Below, in pieces: positions 10,197-22,300 of a stretch of DNA of 64,000 bases (the stretch's first letter is position 1; every line of letters begins with the position of its first letter). A program made the translations under genes and the position numbers. The stretch covers positions 704,001 through 768,000 of the forward strand of contig OZ242311.1 of the NCBI GenBank assembly GCA_965207885.1, in the 5' to 3' direction. Below the pieces are notes generated by a model. It ran no database searches. It saw only the letters and a list, made by a program, of their open reading frames with translations, and was not told the origin of the DNA. This stretch comes from Candidatus Latescibacterota bacterium (lineage in GTDB: Bacteria; Latescibacterota; UBA2968).

Positions 10197-13100
10197 ATGA
10201 ATTTTCACAAAACAATTGGCTTTTTGGCGACTCTTTTGCTGACACTCGGCATCGGAGTGCCAGATAGTTTTGCACAAACCCCAACTGTAGATTCGGTCAC
10301 GCTTACGATAACAACACCGGATCCTGCGACGATTCTTGACACGGCTGACCGCACGCTTGTAACATTGTCAGCGAACGTCTCTCTGAGCGCTGCTCTTGCG
10401 GCTGAGGCTGAGGCTATGACCGTGACATTGACCCTGGTAGATTCGACCGCAACCAGTGTTAAACCGGCGGCAAATCGGGCAGAGGCTTCGGATTATACAC
10501 TCTCTCCCGATATTTTTGGGACGACGATAGATGTGATCGTTGCACCTGGCTCAGATTCTGGTACGGCTGCGATGACAACCTTTTTAATTGATCCGAATAC
10601 CGATATAGATGATATGCACGAAAACTTGGCCATAGGTGCTGCGGTTGGTGATGAAGGTGATGCGGTGACAATTCAGATCACCGATACAGATAATCCTGTA
10701 GAGTCGGTCACGCTTACGATAACAACACCGGATCCTGCGACGATTCTTGACACGGCTGACCGCACTACTATTACATTGTCAGCGAACGTCTCTATGCGCA
10801 GTGCTGTTACTGAAGCTATGACCGTGACATTGACCCTCGTAGATTCGACCGCAACCAGTGTTAAACCGGCAAATACGCGGGCAGAGGCTTCGGATTATAC
10901 AATTTCTCCCGATATTTTTGGGACGACGATAGATGTGATCCTTGCAGATACCGAATCTGAAGCTGCTACGGCTGTGACGACAACCTTTTTAATTGATCCG
11001 CATACCGATACAGATACGATGCACGACCACCTGGCCATAGGTGCTGGGATTGGTAGTGTAGGTGATGCGGTGACAATTCAGATCACCGATACAGATAATC
11101 CTGTAGAGTCGGTCACGCTTACGATAACAACACCGGATCCTGCGACGATTCTTGACACGGCTGACCGCACTGCTGTGACAATGACAGCGAACGTCTCTAT
11201 GCGCAGTGCTGTTACTGAAGCTATGACCGTGACATTGACCCTGGTAGATTCGACCGCAACCAGTGTTAAACCGGCGGCAAATCGGGCAGAGGCTTCGGAT
11301 TATACACTTTCTCCCGATATTTTTGAGACGACGGTAGATGTGATCCTTGCAGAGACCGAATCTGAAGCTGCTACGGCTGTGCCGATACTCTTTTTCTTTG
11401 ATCCGAATACCGATACAGATACGATGCACGACCACCTGGCCATAGGTGCTGGGATTGGTAGTGTAGGTGATGCGGTGACAATTCAGATCACCGATACAGA
11501 TAATCCTGTAACGGAGGTCAGTCTTCAGATAACAGTTCCGGATGCGGATAGCGACACGGCGACGGAGGAGTTTGATGACACTGCTCCTCGCACGCTTGTG
11601 ACATTGTCAGCGAACGTCACGATGCGCAATGCTCTTGCGGCTGATGCTGAGGCTATGACCGTGACTTTGACCCTCGTAGATTCGACCGCAACCAGTGTTA
11701 AACCGGCGGCAGATCGGGCAGTGGCTTCGGATTATACACTTTCTCCCGATATTTTTGGGACGACGATAGATGTGATCGTTGCACCTGGCTCAGATTCTGG
11801 TACGGCTGTGACGGAAACCGTTTTCTTTGAGCCGAATGTCGATTCAGATAATAAGGACGAAACGCTAGCCATAGGTGCTGGGGTTGGTCGTGTAGGTGAT
11901 GCGGTGACAATTGTGATCGACGATACACAGGAAGAAACTGGTGAGATAACAAGTGTCGAGTTATCTCCTGCTGCGCTTTCTGTTAATGAAGGGGAAACAC
12001 TGACTGCGACAGTAACCGTGAAGGTCAATGCGGTAGCAGGAACGGCTCAGACTGTGGATGTGACATTGTCTGTTGATAGTGGTGACCTCGCAGCTCTTGG
12101 TATTACCTCCGCAACAGTCCCTGTGACTATTGACAACAGAAAAACATCTGGCATGGCAATGGTACCCATTGAGTACATGGCACCGGAAGACGACACTAAT
12201 ACTATCGACGAAATGATTACCATAACAGGTATGGCTGGTACGGTTGGAGGAGACGATAATACCTCGACAATCACCGCCATGGATAATGATGAAGCTATGG
12301 TAACAAGTGTCGCGTTATCTCCTGCTACGCTTTCCGTTGCTGAAGGGGTTACACTGGCTACAACAGTAACCGTGACGGTCAATATGGATTTGTCGAGAGA
12401 TGTTGAGAGTCAACAGGATGTGACATTGTCTGTTGATAGTGGTGACCTCGCAGCTCTTGGTATTGCCTCCGCAACAGTCCCTGTGACTATTCCGGCCGAC
12501 CAAACATCTGGCATGGCAATGGTACCCATTGAGTACATGGCACCGGAAGACGATAATAGTGTCAGCGAAATGATTACCATAACAGGTATGGTTGGTATGG
12601 TTGGGGGAGACGCTAATACCACGACAATCACCGCCATGGATAATGAGACACTTGCATTAGCAAGTGTCGAGTTATCTCTTGCTCCTGTTGCTGGTGGGAC
12701 CTTGGATGATACTGCTGGTAATACTGCTTTTAGACTAACAGCGAATGTCAATATGACAGGTCCTGCTGCTGCTGCTGCTGATCACGTTATAACCTTGTCG
12801 TTGGATGATACTCATATGAGTGATTTTACACTCGCTAACCTGGGTATAACACAGCTTACAGTGAATGTTGCCGCTGGAGCGTCCGCAGGCACAGCAGTGA
12901 CACATGACTTTCTTTACGATCCACAGGAAGACGCCGATGCTACAGACGAAGTGATAGCAATTAAAGGTATGTCTGGTGGCATGGAAGCTGTTGGGTCCTT
13001 TACTATAACCGATACGGATATCGGTGTAGCCGGTGTCACGCTCACGCTTACTCGTGCTGATGGTAGCACCGCCCAGTTGTCTGACACGGCTGGTCCTACT

Positions 13101-16100
13101 ACGCTTAGACTAACAGCGAATGTTACCGCGGATGAGATGGCTCCTGCTGGCGGTCTTGATTTCGTTGTGGACTTGTCGTTGGCTGATACTCATATGAGTG
13201 GTCTTACACTCGCTGACCTGGGTATAACCAATAACCAGCTTACAGTGAATGTTGCCGCTGGAATGACCGCGGGCACAGCAATGACAAAGGATTTTGTTTT
13301 CGATCCACAGGAAGACGCCGATGCTGCAGACGAAGTGATAGCAATTAAAGGTATGTCTGGTGGCATGGAAGCTGTTGGGTCCCTTACTATAAAAGATACT
13401 GGCGCGGCTGCAGCTGGTGCAGTAGCCAGTGTCGGGTTATCTCCTGCTATGCTTTCCGTGGATGAAGGGAGTTCACTTGCTGATGGGACGATGATAACCG
13501 TGACGGTCAATGTGGCTGCAGGAGCCGCTACTTCCCATTCTGTGGATTTGACTGCTATGGGTGCTGACCTTATGGATCTTGGTCTTCCCGCCTCAGTCAT
13601 GGTGGATGTTATGCAAAATGCAACATCTGGCACGGCGATGGTACCCATTGAGTACATGGCAGCGGAAGACGATGATAATACTGTCAGTGAAATGATTACC
13701 ATAACAGGTATGGTTGGTACGGTTGGGGGAACCGCTAATACCGTGACAATCACCGCAGTAGATAATGATATGAGTTCAGTAACAAGTGTCGTGTTATCTG
13801 CTGATCCTGAGATGCTTTCCGCGATGGAAGAAGGGACGCCACTCTCTACGACAGTAACCGTGACGGTCTTGGTGGATTTGGCGCCGGCAGCCGATGCTAC
13901 CCATGATGTGGTCTTGACTTCTATGGGTGCTACCCTCGCTGAGCTTGGTGTTACCTCCCCAGTCAGTGTGATGGTTAATGCAGGCGACAAGACGGGCACG
14001 GCGGCGGTACCCGTTACCATAACAGGGGTAGCCGATGCTGATACTGACGACGAAACCATTACCTTAACAGGTACTTATGGGACATTCACCAGTACTGTGA
14101 CATTCACCGTGGTAGATGATGATAAAGGTGCTGTCTCAAGTGTCGCGTTATCTCCTTCTATGCTTTCCGCGACTGAAGGAATGCCACTCGCTACGACAGT
14201 AACCGTGACGGTCACTGTGGCTGCAGGATCTGGTGGTACCTATAACGTGAATTTGTCGAGTAGTCTTCCCACTGGTAGTATTGCTACGCCAGTCGCTGTT
14301 TCTGTTGCGAAAGATGCAACAACTGGCATGGCGGAGGTAGCGCTTAATTACACGCCGCCGCAAGATGATAATACTACCGACGAAATGATTACTATAACAG
14401 GTATGGTTGGTACGGTTGGATCAGACGATGGTAGTAATGTCGTGACAATCACCGTCGCAGATGATGATATGGGTGCTGTAACAGGTCTTATGTTATCTCC
14501 TGCTACGATTCCTTTGACTGAAGGGGTTGCATTCAGTGGGATGGTAACCGTGACAGTCAATGTAGAAGCGGGAGCCGCTTCTACCCATTCTGTGGCATTG
14601 TCGAGTAGTCTTCCTACTGGTAGTATTGCTACGCCAGTCGTTGTATCTGTTGATCAAGGCGCAACATCAGGCATGGCGGAGGTCGCGCTTAATTACACGC
14701 CACCGACAGACGCCGATGTTGACGACGAAGAGATTGTCATAACAGGTACGCTTGGGGACAAAATGGCGACCGTGACACTCAACGTAACAGATAATACTGC
14801 ATCTAAGGGGACGGTCAAGGTTACTACCAGTATGGAAAGCATCAGAGAGAACAGTCGCACGAGAAGTGTGGTTGTGACTGCGACGTTGCCTGCAGCACCG
14901 GGTGCAGGGAATACGGTGACGGTCAATGTCGTGGTAACCGGAGGTACGGCAGATGAGCCAGCTACGATTACAATAGCGGACGCTAATACCTCAGGCACAG
15001 CCACGGTGCGAATTACGCCAGTTAATGATGCGGTCTTTACGACCAGTGCATTCACAGTAACTGGTGGTGCTACTGGCTATAAAAGTGGCACGGCGATGAT
15101 TGATATCATCGATGATGATGCTTCTTTGGGTACGCTTTCGATCACTTCTGCTCCGCCCAGTGCGACACTAAGTGGTGGTGCTCAGGATTTGACGTTGACA
15201 GTGACGCTCTGGTTGGCAACGCCAGATACGCCGATTCCGCCTTCGTTGGTCGTGAATGTGGCTACCGACAAAGGAACGCTTGCGTCCAACACAGTGACAA
15301 TCACGAATACAAGGAAGCATCCTGACCACGATCCTGCCACCAGGCGGGCCGATGGCAACGCCAAGGTTGTCCTGTCTCTTGCTGCGGGTGATGTAAGTGC
15401 AGCAGGAAACATTACCGTGACTGCTTCGGCAGATATGTATGAGACGGGTACGCGCGAGATTCCCATAAGAGCGCGAGGCGCACTTGATATCGCTGGTTAT
15501 CGTGCTGTCATAGTCACGCCAACAGGGACTAATTGGGCGAACGTGGGCAATGATAAGGTCAAGGTTGATGTGACCCGCTACGGTGATGTGGCTTATCCCT
15601 GGACGGATTTTGAGAGCATTAAGGTTTCGGTGCGCGATACGGCTCATGCAGCTTTTGAACTCGAGCAAGTCACCGCATCTGGTTTTAACCGGGAAGATGG
15701 CGGATCCGTTACTTTCCTCGAACCGGCAAGTCCCAGTAGAGGTGACGTTATCTGGCGCGGCAATGACACGATCCGATTTGAGATCCGGATAAGAGGCTAC
15801 TCTGCCAGTCGAGATCCGGCGGACAATGGTCAATATCTGGGCGCGTATGCGCATGTTGAGTTCAAGTCTGGACAAGACACAGACGCGATCGAAACCAGGG
15901 ATGACGAGACATCGGTGTATGCTGCTAATCCCTCCCTTGTGGACGACGCGAAGGTCGGTGATGGCAGGCTTATAAGGATCGATAATCAGGTGCCTGCACA
16001 CTCTGGCGTTGCTGATATTGTGGTTACGTCAGGGGATGAAGTTGGCAGCGATATTGATGCTACCGTTGGCGATGAGATTCGCGTAGCTGTCGCGCTTAGC

Positions 16101-19100
16101 CAGACCAATCTTTTCCGGGAAACTGGTTTGCGGATTCAGCTCCAGATTGTTGATGGTTCGGGATCGGTGAACGGGCAAACACTCACTGCCGCACAGAGGA
16201 ATGCCCCGAGTAAGAACAAAGACTTTACCACTTCTCAGGTTATTGCTGCCGCCAACGATTCCTTGATTCACACCTATAAGGTAACTGAAGGCTTCTTCAC
16301 AATTACGCTCGACGATTTTGTAGAGGGTGTAGGAGCGAAAGGTTCCAAGGTTGATCTAAACAACGCGCAGGCGCGAGTTCGCGCAGGGGTAAGGGATCAG
16401 GCCGCCAACTTTAAATGGTTCGGGTGGACGACGTTTGACATAGATTCTCGTTTGCCGAGCGTTTCGATCCTGTATCCGTCTGCAGATCCCGACAGTATCT
16501 ATGCCCATACGCATCCTCTGCGCTTTACAGGTAATGTGGAGGATATTGAGCAGGGCCAGAACGTAGATGCGCATCTCAATCCTCTGGCAATCCTGGTGGA
16601 TGAAGACCTTTCAAAGCTCGAAGTCTTTGCAGTCGGCGCGGATACCCTGAATATCACTGGTCAAATGCCCAGCGATGCTATAGGGGACTCGATGGCTGTT
16701 TATGACACGAGTGATCTCAGTTCTCCGAAGAAAGACGGGGAAGGCGATGATGATAAATATCCGGGCGCCTTCGTACCATCGAGCGCGAATAGGGCCGGTA
16801 CAGCGATAGATCTGGTTGTTTTGGCGACCGATGAGTTGGGTAACGTAAACTCAGCGAAGATTTCTGGTGTTACGCACGATGCATCACCGCCAGAGATTAC
16901 GGAGTGGTTCCCCAAGAACCGTCTGCTCCCGGAGGACCAGATTAACGATGAGACACCGCCGATCTTTACGGTGCCGGAAGACGTGGATTCGATTGCCGTT
17001 ACGTTTGAAGGTTCAAATGGATCCGATGTCACCAAGCAACGTGGTGAGGCGGCAAAGGGTGAACATAGCATTGATTTCTCTGGTGCGTTAGTGGATGAGG
17101 TGTTGTATGATATGACGATATTTGCCCGCGATCTCGCGGGGAATGTTTTCATCACGCCTGCTGATTCCTCTGCGAGTATGCGATTTAACGCGCAGTTCGA
17201 TAATCCGGTGGCGAACAGGTACAATATCTCTACTGGGACTGACTCTGTGATTGCTGGTCAGGCAAATATCCTGACGATTCAGGCTGAAGATCACGATGCT
17301 GGGTCTGATACGGCTCGCAATGCGCTGACGTATAAGAACGCGGCTCGTATCAGTGCCTGGGATGCGTCGGGCGGTGCTGCCGAGTCCGTGTGGTTTGTAG
17401 GCGCGGGCGTGACAGATGATGCCGATAATCCCGATGGCGTGGCTATGCTGAATGCTGCTGATTGGAGTATTGGTAAGCGCACAGTTGAGGTCAAGTCGAA
17501 CAAGGCTGTTGGTTCCATTAAAATTCTGGTCCAACACATGAGTGCTGGAGTTGTGGGATTCGAGAGCGCCAAAGAGGGTCTCTACGTTGGTGCTGCCGAC
17601 TTTGCCGCGTTTGAAATAACCGCCTGGGAAGAAGGCGTCGAAGGCGCTGCTGAGGAGATTTGGGGCGATTACACCCTCCGGGTGGTCCCGACCGATAGGC
17701 ACGGCAATCCTTCGGTGAGAGCCTTTAAGGCAGATCCAGCCGGTGATGATGCAGACTCCCTGGATGTGCTGGATACCCGAGCGGGAGACAATGCCTTCGA
17801 GTATAAGGATGGCATTGATGTCGAGATTGTTGGCGTTCCCACGATCGAAGACTTTGCTCTGTTGATCTTGAGTGTCGAGAAGGAAGGTGCTTCTTATGAT
17901 CTCGTAGCACCTGCCGATAGACGCAGTCAGACGGTCCAGGTCAGGGTAGTGAATGGGTCCTTGAAAGAGGGCGATACCCGAAGCCAGAACGTCAGAAGTT
18001 CTGCGAGGTTCGTCATTTCTGAGCCTTTGACACCTGTGCTTACGGTCTGGGTGGAAGGTATGGAAGGCGATCAGGCGGGTAATGATGTTGTGGTTCCCGC
18101 TACGGTAACGGTCGCAGCCGAAGGCTATAATGCTGGTGACATGGTTACCTTTACCCAGAACGGTCAGACTGTAGGGACCCTTCGAGCAAATGACGAAGGC
18201 GTTGCCAAGGCGCCGCCGATTACCGTGAATATGGCAGGCATGGCGGTAGTGTCGGCTACGAATGGTCGGTATGCGACGGACGCGCTTACCATCACGTTTG
18301 TCGATGCACCTGCTGAGCCAGCGCGCAAGAGCTATGCCGACGCAAACGGCGATCCGGTTTATCTCATCTATACAGGGGATGCTGCGCCAGATATGACAGT
18401 TGGCGTGAATGACTTCCTCGCTCTGGTTGCTGCGTTTATGAGCTCGATGGGTGATGATAATTACAATGCTCTGGCTGATGTCAATGACGATGGCACTGTT
18501 GATGTCGCTGACTTCCTCGAGTTTCTCACATCCTGGGGCAGGACAGCTGCTGGTCCTGCGACGAAGCCTCTCGTTTTGCTTCCCGGCATAAACGAGAATG
18601 CCGAGTTCTCGCTGAGTCTGGGTAGTGAGCGCGTGATCGCTGGCGAGCTGGTGGTTGTCGATGTGTCGCTTGCCAATGTCGCTGCTCTGGTCGGTTATGG
18701 GTTCGCGCTCAATTACGAGACCGATAAGTTCGAGTTCGTGAGTGTGGCGCCTGCCGATGAAGATTTGCTCAAGTCAACAGGTGGTGAGACGCTGTTCCAT
18801 CACGTTGTTGCCGACGGTCAGGTTACCGTTGCCAATGGTTTGTTTAATGGCACGGCGGTTTCCGGCGGTGGCGATGTGGTTCAGTTTGTCTTCCGCGTGT
18901 TGCGCGAGTTTGAGGATAACGCCAGGTTTGAAGTTGCCGACGGTCTGGTCTTTGATCCAGGTCAACTTTCCAACCCGGCGGTGGTCGCGGGTGTGTTGGA
19001 ATTGCAGAGCACACCCAGAGAGTTCGCTTTGCACCAGAACTTCCCCAATCCATTTAACCCGGATACGACCATTAAGTACGATTTGGCCGAGTCCGCTGAC

Positions 19101-19301
19101 GTGACGCTCCAGATTTACAATGTGTTGGGTCAGGTGATTCGGACGCTGGTCGCTTCCGAGGCGCAGAATGCGGGTCGCTATCAGATTCGCTGGAACGGGA
19201 TGGATGATCGCGGTGTGCCGGTTTCGAGTGGAATTTACTTCTACCAGATTTCGGCAGACGGGAAGTTCAGTGATGTGCGGAAGCTGATGCTGCTCAAGTA
19301 A
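10197..19301 (+). CDS. Giant secreted surface protein (3034 aa): signal peptide, tandem Ig/Calx-beta-like repeats, dockerin/EF-hand-like pair, cohesin-like domain, FlgD-Ig/T9SS-type C-terminal domain
   Basis: RBS AGGAGG; signal ending DSFA|Q; T/V/A/D-rich repeats with DxD..DE.I motifs; ADVNDDGTVDVADFLEF; VDVSLANV..L.GYGF.LNY; QNFPNPFNP...IYNVLGQ.IRTL...W.G.DD.G.PVSSGIYFY...KLMLLK. Confidence 0.9.
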   Translation: MNFHKTIGFLATLLLTLGIGVPDSFAQTPTVDSVTLTITTPDPATILDTADRTLVTLSANVSLSAALAAEAEAMTVTLTLVDSTATSVKPAANRAEASDYTLSPDIFGTTIDVIVAPGSDSGTAAMTTFLIDPNTDIDDMHENLAIGAAVGDEGDAVTIQITDTDNPVESVTLTITTPDPATILDTADRTTITLSANVSMRSAVTEAMTVTLTLVDSTATSVKPANTRAEASDYTISPDIFGTTIDVILADTESEAATAVTTTFLIDPHTDTDTMHDHLAIGAGIGSVGDAVTIQITDTDNPVESVTLTITTPDPATILDTADRTAVTMTANVSMRSAVTEAMTVTLTLVDSTATSVKPAANRAEASDYTLSPDIFETTVDVILAETESEAATAVPILFFFDPNTDTDTMHDHLAIGAGIGSVGDAVTIQITDTDNPVTEVSLQITVPDADSDTATEEFDDTAPRTLVTLSANVTMRNALAADAEAMTVTLTLVDSTATSVKPAADRAVASDYTLSPDIFGTTIDVIVAPGSDSGTAVTETVFFEPNVDSDNKDETLAIGAGVGRVGDAVTIVIDDTQEETGEITSVELSPAALSVNEGETLTATVTVKVNAVAGTAQTVDVTLSVDSGDLAALGITSATVPVTIDNRKTSGMAMVPIEYMAPEDDTNTIDEMITITGMAGTVGGDDNTSTITAMDNDEAMVTSVALSPATLSVAEGVTLATTVTVTVNMDLSRDVESQQDVTLSVDSGDLAALGIASATVPVTIPADQTSGMAMVPIEYMAPEDDNSVSEMITITGMVGMVGGDANTTTITAMDNETLALASVELSLAPVAGGTLDDTAGNTAFRLTANVNMTGPAAAAADHVITLSLDDTHMSDFTLANLGITQLTVNVAAGASAGTAVTHDFLYDPQEDADATDEVIAIKGMSGGMEAVGSFTITDTDIGVAGVTLTLTRADGSTAQLSDTAGPTTLRLTANVTADEMAPAGGLDFVVDLSLADTHMSGLTLADLGITNNQLTVNVAAGMTAGTAMTKDFVFDPQEDADAADEVIAIKGMSGGMEAVGSLTIKDTGAAAAGAVASVGLSPAMLSVDEGSSLADGTMITVTVNVAAGAATSHSVDLTAMGADLMDLGLPASVMVDVMQNATSGTAMVPIEYMAAEDDDNTVSEMITITGMVGTVGGTANTVTITAVDNDMSSVTSVVLSADPEMLSAMEEGTPLSTTVTVTVLVDLAPAADATHDVVLTSMGATLAELGVTSPVSVMVNAGDKTGTAAVPVTITGVADADTDDETITLTGTYGTFTSTVTFTVVDDDKGAVSSVALSPSMLSATEGMPLATTVTVTVTVAAGSGGTYNVNLSSSLPTGSIATPVAVSVAKDATTGMAEVALNYTPPQDDNTTDEMITITGMVGTVGSDDGSNVVTITVADDDMGAVTGLMLSPATIPLTEGVAFSGMVTVTVNVEAGAASTHSVALSSSLPTGSIATPVVVSVDQGATSGMAEVALNYTPPTDADVDDEEIVITGTLGDKMATVTLNVTDNTASKGTVKVTTSMESIRENSRTRSVVVTATLPAAPGAGNTVTVNVVVTGGTADEPATITIADANTSGTATVRITPVNDAVFTTSAFTVTGGATGYKSGTAMIDIIDDDASLGTLSITSAPPSATLSGGAQDLTLTVTLWLATPDTPIPPSLVVNVATDKGTLASNTVTITNTRKHPDHDPATRRADGNAKVVLSLAAGDVSAAGNITVTASADMYETGTREIPIRARGALDIAGYRAVIVTPTGTNWANVGNDKVKVDVTRYGDVAYPWTDFESIKVSVRDTAHAAFELEQVTASGFNREDGGSVTFLEPASPSRGDVIWRGNDTIRFEIRIRGYSASRDPADNGQYLGAYAHVEFKSGQDTDAIETRDDETSVYAANPSLVDDAKVGDGRLIRIDNQVPAHSGVADIVVTSGDEVGSDIDATVGDEIRVAVALSQTNLFRETGLRIQLQIVDGSGSVNGQTLTAAQRNAPSKNKDFTTSQVIAAANDSLIHTYKVTEGFFTITLDDFVEGVGAKGSKVDLNNAQARVRAGVRDQAANFKWFGWTTFDIDSRLPSVSILYPSADPDSIYAHTHPLRFTGNVEDIEQGQNVDAHLNPLAILVDEDLSKLEVFAVGADTLNITGQMPSDAIGDSMAVYDTSDLSSPKKDGEGDDDKYPGAFVPSSANRAGTAIDLVVLATDELGNVNSAKISGVTHDASPPEITEWFPKNRLLPEDQINDETPPIFTVPEDVDSIAVTFEGSNGSDVTKQRGEAAKGEHSIDFSGALVDEVLYDMTIFARDLAGNVFITPADSSASMRFNAQFDNPVANRYNISTGTDSVIAGQANILTIQAEDHDAGSDTARNALTYKNAARISAWDASGGAAESVWFVGAGVTDDADNPDGVAMLNAADWSIGKRTVEVKSNKAVGSIKILVQHMSAGVVGFESAKEGLYVGAADFAAFEITAWEEGVEGAAEEIWGDYTLRVVPTDRHGNPSVRAFKADPAGDDADSLDVLDTRAGDNAFEYKDGIDVEIVGVPTIEDFALLILSVEKEGASYDLVAPADRRSQTVQVRVVNGSLKEGDTRSQNVRSSARFVISEPLTPVLTVWVEGMEGDQAGNDVVVPATVTVAAEGYNAGDMVTFTQNGQTVGTLRANDEGVAKAPPITVNMAGMAVVSATNGRYATDALTITFVDAPAEPARKSYADANGDPVYLIYTGDAAPDMTVGVNDFLALVAAFMSSMGDDNYNALADVNDDGTVDVADFLEFLTSWGRTAAGPATKPLVLLPGINENAEFSLSLGSERVIAGELVVVDVSLANVAALVGYGFALNYETDKFEFVSVAPADEDLLKSTGGETLFHHVVADGQVTVANGLFNGTAVSGGGDVVQFVFRVLREFEDNARFEVADGLVFDPGQLSNPAVVAGVLELQSTPREFALHQNFPNPFNPDTTIKYDLAESADVTLQIYNVLGQVIRTLVASEAQNAGRYQIRWNGMDDRGVPVSSGIYFYQISADGKFSDVRKLMLLK
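10287..11930 (+). repeat. Four tandem ~405-420 bp in-frame domain repeats
   Basis: Units start at 10287, 10698, 11103 and 11508; units 1-3 are nearly identical at DNA level. Confidence 0.9.
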
Positions 19302-19373
19302 TTCGCCGATGGATGGGGAAGTCTTCCAATTGAGGGGGCTTCCCTGTCCATTTTTCAACTATAGGAGTTTGTA

Positions 19374-22300
19374 ATGTTTTTGAAAAAAAGTCTTTTGTTT
19401 ATGACTGCTTTGGCATTGCTGATGTTTGCAGGGCAGGCTTCTGCACAGTTGTCGCTCTCTCTTAGTGAGGGTGGCTCTACTACGGTTTCTGGAGCAGGCA
19501 CGGAAATTTCGGTTGATGTGTCCCAGATGGGTGTTACCCAATCCGTAAATGCCATACAGATTGTGTTTGATATTGATACAGATGTTGTCACGCTTACGGG
19601 TGCTGTTCCCTTTATTATATCCGGTGGCAATACGGCTTCCCTGTTGTCCCTTACGCCAGCACCGGTGCCCCCAGGTGCGAGTTTTACCTTTACCACAGCC
19701 AAAGATGTAACGGGTGTGGAATTTTCTATTGGTATTAGCAGCATTTCACTTGATAATGTTCCTCTCCCTGTTCCACTTCCCGCTGCGATCTCGTTTAATG
19801 GTCTTGAAGCTGCTCTGACGAGTGATGGCGAGGTCAATGACGATGGCGAACTCGTCGTCAATGTCTCTGTTCCCGGCTTAACATCAACGACGGGTGCTGA
19901 GATTATGTTTATGGTTTCCGATGGGGCAGCGACGATCAAAAGTGTGACGCCTGCTGCGACGTTGCAATTATCTCCGGACGGGATAGAAGGTATGGGCTTT
20001 GTACTTCTCATCATTCCGCCGGCGATGTTGATGGACGGCAATTACGGCTCTGTGACGTTTGACGTGGATCCCAATGCGACTGAGTTTACGATTGGTGTTG
20101 CTTCGTTGACGGTGTTTACGGCAGATGGGAAGAAGCGGGCTGTGGGTGGTGGTGAGGCTTTGACGGTCACTCAGTTCGCGCCCTTTCTCGAGGCGAGTGC
20201 AACCGAGGTTACGGTTCCCCACGGCGAGACAGCTACGGCGACGGTGACCGCGATGGATACGCAGGGTGAAGCGGTTGAGTTTACCGTAGATCCCGCCGAT
20301 GCGGGCACGGTGTCGGATGATGGTAATTCTGTGACACTGTCCGCAACGGGCGATGCCACCGTGACGGTGACGGCTATGGCTGGCGGCGTTGCGATGGGTC
20401 CGGTTACGGTTGTTTTTTCAAAGCCTCCGCCAGAACTACAGACTGAGAGCACCGAGGTGACGTTTGAAGATTTTGGTGCCGAAGCTTCGGTGTCGGTTAT
20501 GGCTGTTGGTTTTGACGAAGGTGCTGTGATCAAGTTTTCTTATGAAGCGACTGCTGATTTTCAGGCGATGGAAGATGGTGCCAGCCTGATGATTACGACG
20601 GCTTCGGCCGGTACTGTGACGGTGACGGCGACCGATGGCACGGATTCTGCTTCGCTGATGATTACGTTCTCGGATCCCGCTCCTTATCTGACGGCAAGTG
20701 CAACCGATGTTATTATCCCCGAGGGTGGGGAGATGTCGGTGACGGTTTCGGCAACGGGTCTCGAGGGTGTTATTACTTATATGATAAGCAAGACCTCTGG
20801 CACTGCTTCGATTGCCTCCGATACCGATGGTGATATGGTGACGATTACGGCGAGCGGTGAGGAGTCTGCAATGGTGTCTGTGACGGCCTCTGCCGGTGGG
20901 ATGACGACCGAGGCGGTCGATATCCTGTTCCGGGCGATGCCCTCTGTTGGGTCAGATATGCCTGAGGTTATGGTTCCGCAAGCTACTGTTCCCAGTGGCA
21001 CGTCAATGGTCGTTGCAACTGGTTTCCCCGAAGGTGCCGAGATTACGTTCGATGTCGAGGTGACGAGCGGTTCGGCAAGTGATCTCACAAAGTCACAGGA
21101 TGGCAATGTGCTGACGCTGACGGCTACGGGTACGGTTAGTGTGTCGGTGACGGCTTCTGGCGCGGGCGTTACGACGTCTGCGGTTGAGGTTGTGTTTACG
21201 CAAGATACACCCGCTGCACCTGCCAGTGTGGCTGTGGAAGATCAGGCTGGGGATAATGGTTATTACGTGATGGTGAGTTTTGCCAATTCGGCAAATCACG
21301 GAGATGTGAGTCAGTATCGCGTGTATCGCGAGATGATGGTGACGACCACGATGGATGCCGATGGCAATGTGGTGGTGTCCGATACGCCGATGGCGGCGTG
21401 GGTTCCCTGGGCTGTTGTCGATGCGATGGATAATGATGGTATGACGCGAGCCGTTGTTCCGGTTACGGATGCGATGGCGACGCGCTGGGGCGTTGCTGCC
21501 GAGAGTGGTATGGATTCGGCAGAGGAAATGATTACGCCTGCTGGCAAGCGCGTGTTCTCCAAGGAGAGCGTGCAGCAGTTGGCTCAGTTCCTGGGTTTGG
21601 ATCCCAATCGGCTGGTCAACGAGGATGAACTCAGCGCGATGTTTATGCCTTCTGCTGATTATATTAATTCGATTATTGGCGGCAGGAAGAATGTGGTGTT
21701 TGCGGCGCTGGATCCCGATTTGAGTGTTCTGATCGGCAGTGTAGCTGTTCCGCAGAATATCCGCACGAGTGGGCATCCCATTGTTTCATCGACAATTACG
21801 GCGGCAGATGGTATCGTGGCTGCGATTGACGATACAGCTCCTGCTGCTGTGACCGATGTTGCCGCTGATGTGGAAACCGGGATGGTTACCTGGACGGCGT
21901 CCGCCGATGATATGATTGTTGGTATGATCAATTATCGCGGCTTCTCGCTGCCGATCCCCGGTGTGATAGGCTACGTGGTCCGGGGTGGTGCCAGCCCAGA
22001 AGCGATGATCGATATCGGGGCTGTTCCCGCTGGTTCGTCCAGTTTCCAAGTTCCCCAGGCTTTGATCGAGTCTCTGATTAATCAGGGTCTGCCCGCGGTG
22101 CTGGTCGATGTGGTTGCGATGGACGGTACCAATATGACGTCGATTGTACCACCTCTGGTGGTCGAGCTTGTCCCGACGCGCAAGCCGTTTGTGGATGCAG
22201 ACGGTGGTCCCGTTTATATCGTGAAGCTCGACAGGCACGGGGCTATGACGCCGAATGTCGTTGACTTTGAAGATTTTGTGGCCTTTACGATGGCATTTAA

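Noticed and set aside
10287-11930. Diversity-generating retroelement template/variable repeats
   Set aside because: Differences are not adenine-specific, the repeats are in-frame tandem domains, and no reverse transcriptase is present
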